The notes under the pieces: generated by a model
Told to the model about the DNA's origin: nothing
What the model saw: the letters and a program-made list of their open reading frames with translations, nothing else
Database searches by the model: none
Part shown: piece by piece, positions 15,892-20,290 of the stretch
How positions within the stretch are numbered: the stretch's first letter is position 1
Layout: each line of letters begins with the position of its first letter
Position numbers and translations under genes: made by a program
NCBI GenBank assembly: GCA_051746725.1
Contig: JBNJFI010000015.1
Location: 1-20,290 of the forward strand
DNA from: Fusobacteriota bacterium
GTDB taxonomy: Bacteria; Fusobacteriota; Fusobacteriia; Fusobacteriales; JBNJFI01
Length of the DNA: 20,290 nt
Direction of reading: 5' to 3'

Positions 15892-17656
15892 AAAAGGAAA
15901 AAAAGAAGAAGAAAAAGATAATAATAAAGATGAGGGGAACAATACATTGGTTAACGCTAAAAATTTAAAACCTATTGAGAAAAAGAGTAATGAAAAAATT
16001 TACATTATGCCACTAGGAGGAATAGGCGAAGTAGGAAAAAATTTAACTTTATTTCAATGCAGAGATGAGATAGTAATTTTAGATGTCGGATTTACTTTTC
16101 CAACAGAGGATATGCTAGGAGTAGATTTAGTTATACCAGATTTTTCATATATAGAGAGTAATAAGGATAAAATAAAAGGGATAGCATTAACTCATGGTCA
16201 CCTTGATCATATAGGAGCATTGCCTTATTTATATAAAAAGATAGATAACAAGATTCCAATGCTTGGAAGCAAATTAACTATGGAATTGGTAAAATCTAAG
16301 TTCAAAGAAAATAATGATATTAGTAAATTTAATTTTAGAGAAGTTCAAAATAGAAGTAAGATCAGAATAGGAAAATACTTTGAACTTGAATTTATAAGAG
16401 TAACTCATAGTATAGCAGATGCATTCGCAGTTGCTATACATACTCCATCAGGAACTATATTACATACCGGAGATTTTAAAGTTGATTTAACTCCAGTAGA
16501 TAAAAAGCCTATGGATTTTTATAAATTAGCTCAGTTAGGAGAAAATGGAGTATTATTATTATTATCAGATAGTACAAATGCTGAAAGAGAGGGAACGACC
16601 CCTCCTGAAAAGGGCGTTGGAGATTCTATAAAAGAATCATTTGATAAGGCCAAGGGAAGAATTGTTATAGCATCTTTTTCAAGTCATATTCATAGGTTAC
16701 AACAAATAATAAATGTAACACATGCAGCAGGTCGAAAATTTGCTGTGGAAGGTAGAAGTATGAAAGAGATGGTAAAAATAGCTTCTGATATGGGATATTT
16801 GAAAATCCCAGAAGGTACAAAAGTAGATCTTAGAAAAATTAAGAATTTAAAAAGTGAAGAAGTTGTTTTACTATGTACAGGAACTCAAGGGGAGCCAATG
16901 GCTGCTCTTTCAAGAATGGCTAATGGAGAACATAGACATATTGAGATAAGAGAAAAAGATACTGTAATTATATCGGCAACTCCAATACCTGGGAATGAAA
17001 AATCAGTATATAGAAATATAAACAAACTTTTGAAAACAAAGGCAGAAGTAATTTATGAAAAGGGAGCTGGAATACATGTTTCTGGTCATGGAAGTCAAGA
17101 AGATTTAAAATTAATGTTATCTTTAGTTAAGCCGAAATTTTTCATACCAGTTCACGGTGAATTTAAGCATATGAAAAAACATAAAGATTTAGCCATGGAA
17201 ATGGGAATGAAAGAAGATAATATACTTCTTTTAGATAAAAATGGAATAAGAGTCAAATTAACAGAAGATGAATTAAAATTAGATGGTAAAGTACCGTTTG
17301 GAGAAACTCTTATTGATGGATTAGGAATAGGCGATGTAGGAAACATTGTATTAAAAGATAGACAACAGTTATCTGAAGATGGTATATTAGTAGTAATTGT
17401 AACTATAGACGGTAAGACAGGAAAAATATTATCGGGGCCTGATTTAATAACACGAGGATTTGTTTATGCAAGAAATTCGGAAACTTTAATAAGAAATGCA
17501 AAAAAGAGAATAACAGATGATCTTAAAAAACTTGAATCAAATAACGTTACAGATTGGAACACTTTAAAAAGAAGTATTAGAAGCTCTATAAGTAATTTTT
17601 TATATAAAGAAACAAGACGTAACCCAATGATTTTGCCAGTAATAACGGAGGGATAA
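15869..17656 (+). CDS. rnj: Ribonuclease J (start 15869 ATG or 15947 TTG)
   Basis: PLGGIGEVGKN, THGHLDHIG, THSI, TGDFK, SDSTNA, TGTQGEP, HVSGH, PVHGE. Confidence 0.96.
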   Translation: MVWKKFYKKGKKEEEKDNNKDEGNNTLVNAKNLKPIEKKSNEKIYIMPLGGIGEVGKNLTLFQCRDEIVILDVGFTFPTEDMLGVDLVIPDFSYIESNKDKIKGIALTHGHLDHIGALPYLYKKIDNKIPMLGSKLTMELVKSKFKENNDISKFNFREVQNRSKIRIGKYFELEFIRVTHSIADAFAVAIHTPSGTILHTGDFKVDLTPVDKKPMDFYKLAQLGENGVLLLLSDSTNAEREGTTPPEKGVGDSIKESFDKAKGRIVIASFSSHIHRLQQIINVTHAAGRKFAVEGRSMKEMVKIASDMGYLKIPEGTKVDLRKIKNLKSEEVVLLCTGTQGEPMAALSRMANGEHRHIEIREKDTVIISATPIPGNEKSVYRNINKLLKTKAEVIYEKGAGIHVSGHGSQEDLKLMLSLVKPKFFIPVHGEFKHMKKHKDLAMEMGMKEDNILLLDKNGIRVKLTEDELKLDGKVPFGETLIDGLGIGDVGNIVLKDRQQLSEDGILVVIVTIDGKTGKILSGPDLITRGFVYARNSETLIRNAKKRITDDLKKLESNNVTDWNTLKRSIRSSISNFLYKETRRNPMILPVITEG

Positions 17657-17657
17657 A

Positions 17658-17963
17658 ATGGAAATAACAAGTAAAAGACGTGCTGAGTTAAAGAAGATAG
17701 GAAATAAATTTAAAGCAATAGTTAGAGTTGGAAAAGACGGAGTTTCAGAAAACTTGATCGAGTCCATAAATGGAGCAATTAAAAATAGAGAATTAATAAA
17801 AGTCAAAATATTGGATAATTTAGATGAAGATAAACGAGATGTAGCAAATAAAATTGCAGAAGGTACAGGCTCAAAAGTTATAGAGATAAGAGGAAGTGTA
17901 ATATTAATATTTAAAGAAAATCCAAAAAAGCCTAGGATATCAGAAAAACTAAGGTTGATTTAA
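17658..17963 (+). CDS. yhbY: CRM-domain RNA-binding protein YhbY
   Basis: ITSKRRAELK, VRVGKDGV, RELIKVKIL, 101 aa. SD GGAGG. Confidence 0.92.
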   Translation: MEITSKRRAELKKIGNKFKAIVRVGKDGVSENLIESINGAIKNRELIKVKILDNLDEDKRDVANKIAEGTGSKVIEIRGSVILIFKENPKKPRISEKLRLI

Positions 17964-18407
17964 ATGGATGGGATAATATTTAATAATAGAGTGTTAGATA
18001 TTGTATTTATATCTTGGTTTATAGCTCAAGCCTTTAAAGTTATAGTGGATTTAGTTAAAGAAAAAAAAATAAATTTTAAGAAATTTATAGAATCAGGGGG
18101 GATGCCAAGTTCTCACAGTTCATCTGTGACCTCCTTGGTTACTTCGATTGGTATATTAGAGGGAATAGGTTCTCGATATTTTGCAATTAGTTTTGTTTTT
18201 GCAATCATTGTGATGTATGATGCTGCTGGAGTTAGAAGAGCTGCAGGAAAGCAAGCTCAAATTTTGAATAAATTAACACGCAATATAATTCAAAAAAAGG
18301 GACATAAAAAAATTGAAGCAAATTTAAAGGAATTTATAGGACATACACCTATAGAAGTTTTAGGAGGAGCTATACTTGGTATAGTAATTGCAATCATTAT
18401 GTTATAG
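17964..18407 (+). CDS. Divergent PAP2 family membrane protein (DUF212)
   Basis: AQAFK, SGGMPSSHSS, VMYDAAGVRRAAGKQA, GHTPIEV. Confidence 0.92.
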   Translation: MDGIIFNNRVLDIVFISWFIAQAFKVIVDLVKEKKINFKKFIESGGMPSSHSSSVTSLVTSIGILEGIGSRYFAISFVFAIIVMYDAAGVRRAAGKQAQILNKLTRNIIQKKGHKKIEANLKEFIGHTPIEVLGGAILGIVIAIIML

Positions 18408-18416
18408 GAGATTATT

Positions 18417-20255
18417 ATGAAGCTGAAAAATGAAAGTATAAAAGAACTAGAAGATAAAGCAAAAAAGATAAGAGAAGAGTTAATAGATATTGTAAGTGTA
18501 ACTGGTGGTCATTTAGCTTCTAATTTAGGGGTTGTTGAATTAACAATAGCTCTTCATCATGTTTTTGATTCTCCTTATGATCAGATTTTATGGGATGTAG
18601 GGCATCAGTCCTATGTTCATAAAATGTTAACAGGGAGATTAGATAAGATGAAAACGATACGACAGCTAAATGGGCTATCTCCCTTTACTAATCCTAAGGA
18701 AAGTGAACATGATCATTTTATATCAGGGCATGCAGGGAATACAATATCTGCTGCCTATGGTATAGCTCAGGCTGATAAAAAAAGACAAGTTATAGCTGTA
18801 GTAGGTGATGCCTCTCTTTCTAATGGACAAAGCTTAGAAGGGATCAATAATTCTGGAAATAAAGCAAAAAACATGGTTATAATATTAAATGATAATGAAA
18901 TGTCAATAGGTAATAATGTAGGAGCACTCTTTAAATATTTAAGCAGATTAATGAGCAAAAAAAAATATACCAATTTAAAATCTGATGTAGAAAAAGTATT
19001 AAAAAAGGTAGGGATAGGTGAATCTTTTACAGATTTAATAAAAAGATTAGAACATTCAGTTAGGTATTTTTTATATCCTGGAAGTATATTTGAAGAGTTA
19101 GGGTATAATTATATAGGACCAATAGATGGACATAATTTAACGACTTTAGTAAAATCTTTAAATGAAATAGATAAATTAAATGGTCCAACTATAATACATG
19201 TGAAAACTCAAAAAGGAAAAGGATATAAAGTAGCTGAAAAAAATATGGAAAAATTTCATGGGGTATCTCCTTTTAATAAAGAAACTGGAGAGCTACCGAG
19301 CAAATCTCCAAGATATTCTCAAGTTGTAGGAGCTAAATTAACAGATCTTGCTCAAGACAATGAAGAAATTATTGCTATTTCAGCAGCTATGATTAACGGA
19401 ACGGGATTAGGAAACTTTTTTGAAAAATTTCCCGATAGGTCTTATGATGTAGGAATAGCAGAAGAACATGCTGTTACCTTTGCAGGTGGACTTGCAATTA
19501 AAGGAAAAAAACCCGTTGTAGCCATATATTCAACTTTTTTGCAAAGGGCATATGATCAGATGATTCATGATATAGCATTACAAAATTTACCGGTATTATT
19601 TATTGCAGATAGATCAGGAATTGTGGGAAGAGACGGAGAAACCCATCAAGGGATATTTGATATAAGTTATATAAATTCCATTCCAAATTTTAAATTATTA
19701 TCTCCAGGAACAAAACAAGAGTTAGAAAGTTGTATTGAATTCGGAATAAAAAACAAAAAAGATCCTGTTTTTATAAGAGTTCCTCGAAGCAAAATATTTC
19801 AATTAAATTATGATTATAAATTTGAATATGGAAAATGGAACACAGTTCGTAAAGGAAAAGATGTTTTGATTTTAGCAACAGGAAGTATGTTAAAGGAAGT
19901 AATAGAGATAGAAAACTTATTAAACAAAAAAGGGGTATACCCAACAATAGTTTCAGCTGTATTTATAAAACCATTGGATCAAGATTATTTAAAGAAAAAT
20001 TTAGAAAAATATGATACAGTAATAACTTTAGAAGAGAGTTTATTACAAGGTGGATTTGGAGCTTCTATTTTAGAATTTTGTAATGATAATAATATATTAA
20101 AAAGGATAAAGAGAATAGGAATAAAAAACCAATTTATATTACATGGTTCTAGAGATGAAATATTAACATTATGTGGATTAAAGGGTGAAAAATTAGCAGA
20201 AAAGATATTAGCAGAAAAGATATTAGCAGAAAAGATATTAGAAGAGAGAGTGTGA
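18417..20255 (+). CDS. dxs: 1-deoxy-D-xylulose-5-phosphate synthase
   Basis: GGHLASNLGVVEL, WDVGHQSYVHK, TPP motif GDA...NDN, GPIDGH, DVGIAEEHAV, YSTFLQRAYDQ, DGETHQG. Confidence 0.97.
   Translation: MKLKNESIKELEDKAKKIREELIDIVSVTGGHLASNLGVVELTIALHHVFDSPYDQILWDVGHQSYVHKMLTGRLDKMKTIRQLNGLSPFTNPKESEHDHFISGHAGNTISAAYGIAQADKKRQVIAVVGDASLSNGQSLEGINNSGNKAKNMVIILNDNEMSIGNNVGALFKYLSRLMSKKKYTNLKSDVEKVLKKVGIGESFTDLIKRLEHSVRYFLYPGSIFEELGYNYIGPIDGHNLTTLVKSLNEIDKLNGPTIIHVKTQKGKGYKVAEKNMEKFHGVSPFNKETGELPSKSPRYSQVVGAKLTDLAQDNEEIIAISAAMINGTGLGNFFEKFPDRSYDVGIAEEHAVTFAGGLAIKGKKPVVAIYSTFLQRAYDQMIHDIALQNLPVLFIADRSGIVGRDGETHQGIFDISYINSIPNFKLLSPGTKQELESCIEFGIKNKKDPVFIRVPRSKIFQLNYDYKFEYGKWNTVRKGKDVLILATGSMLKEVIEIENLLNKKGVYPTIVSAVFIKPLDQDYLKKNLEKYDTVITLEESLLQGGFGASILEFCNDNNILKRIKRIGIKNQFILHGSRDEILTLCGLKGEKLAEKILAEKILAEKILEERV
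20192..20241 (+). repeat. Perfect 15-bp tandem repeat (3.3 copies) in the dxs 3' end
   Basis: ATTAGCAGAAAAGAT x3 + ATTAG, encoding (LAEKI)3. Confidence 0.95.
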
Positions 20256-20259
20256 TCTT

Positions 20260-20290
20260 ATGAGCTTTGAAAATGATGGGACAGTATATA
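20260..20290 (+). CDS. Start of next CDS, truncated by the window (MSFENDGTVY...)
   Basis: ATG 4 nt after the dxs stop, purine-rich GAGAGAGTG upstream, open to the window end. Product unknown. Confidence 0.55.
   Translation, partial: MSFENDGTVY

Noticed and set aside
18800..18900. DXS TPP motif GDA instead of GDG
   Set aside because: The metal-binding Asp and downstream NDN are retained, and there is no sign of inactivation.
1802..18973. All minus-strand ORFs in the track (60-157 aa)
   Set aside because: Each is antisense to a well-supported gene, has the F/L/I/S-rich composition of shadow ORFs from A-rich coding strands, and shows no family motifs.
1..20290. Defence system, prophage, CRISPR, tRNA/rRNA or transposase
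   Set aside because: No supporting ORF motifs, repeat-spacer arrays or RNA gene signatures. The window is essentially core genome.

Overview
Very AT-rich bacterial chromosomal window made up almost entirely of + strand housekeeping genes. Gene content and order suggest Fusobacteriota (inference from memory, no search run). There are two apparent transcription units. (1) panC-ptsI-ptsH-ispH/rpsA fusion, driven by a near-consensus sigma70 promoter (303-331) and closed by an intrinsic terminator (5773-5801). (2) A long, tightly coupled operon from a second promoter (5840-5868): DUF445, a 728-aa secreted repeat protein, ruvB, Rrf2 regulator, rsmE, LytR_C protein, rsfS, mreD-like, mrdA, minC, dapB, rnj, yhbY, DUF212, dxs and the start of another gene. 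I see no mobile-element ORF, CRISPR array, rRNA or tRNA, and cannot support a clearly new biological system here. The best leads are: a strong internal SD+ATG at the IspH/S1 junction (one gene, possibly two proteins); GTAR-prefixed REP-like palindromes plus a stem-loop downstream of a divergent promoter at the left edge; a likely non-ATG (ATA) start for rsmE; the uncharacterised secreted protein next to ruvB; an orphan minC; and a perfect 15-bp tandem repeat in the dxs 3' end.
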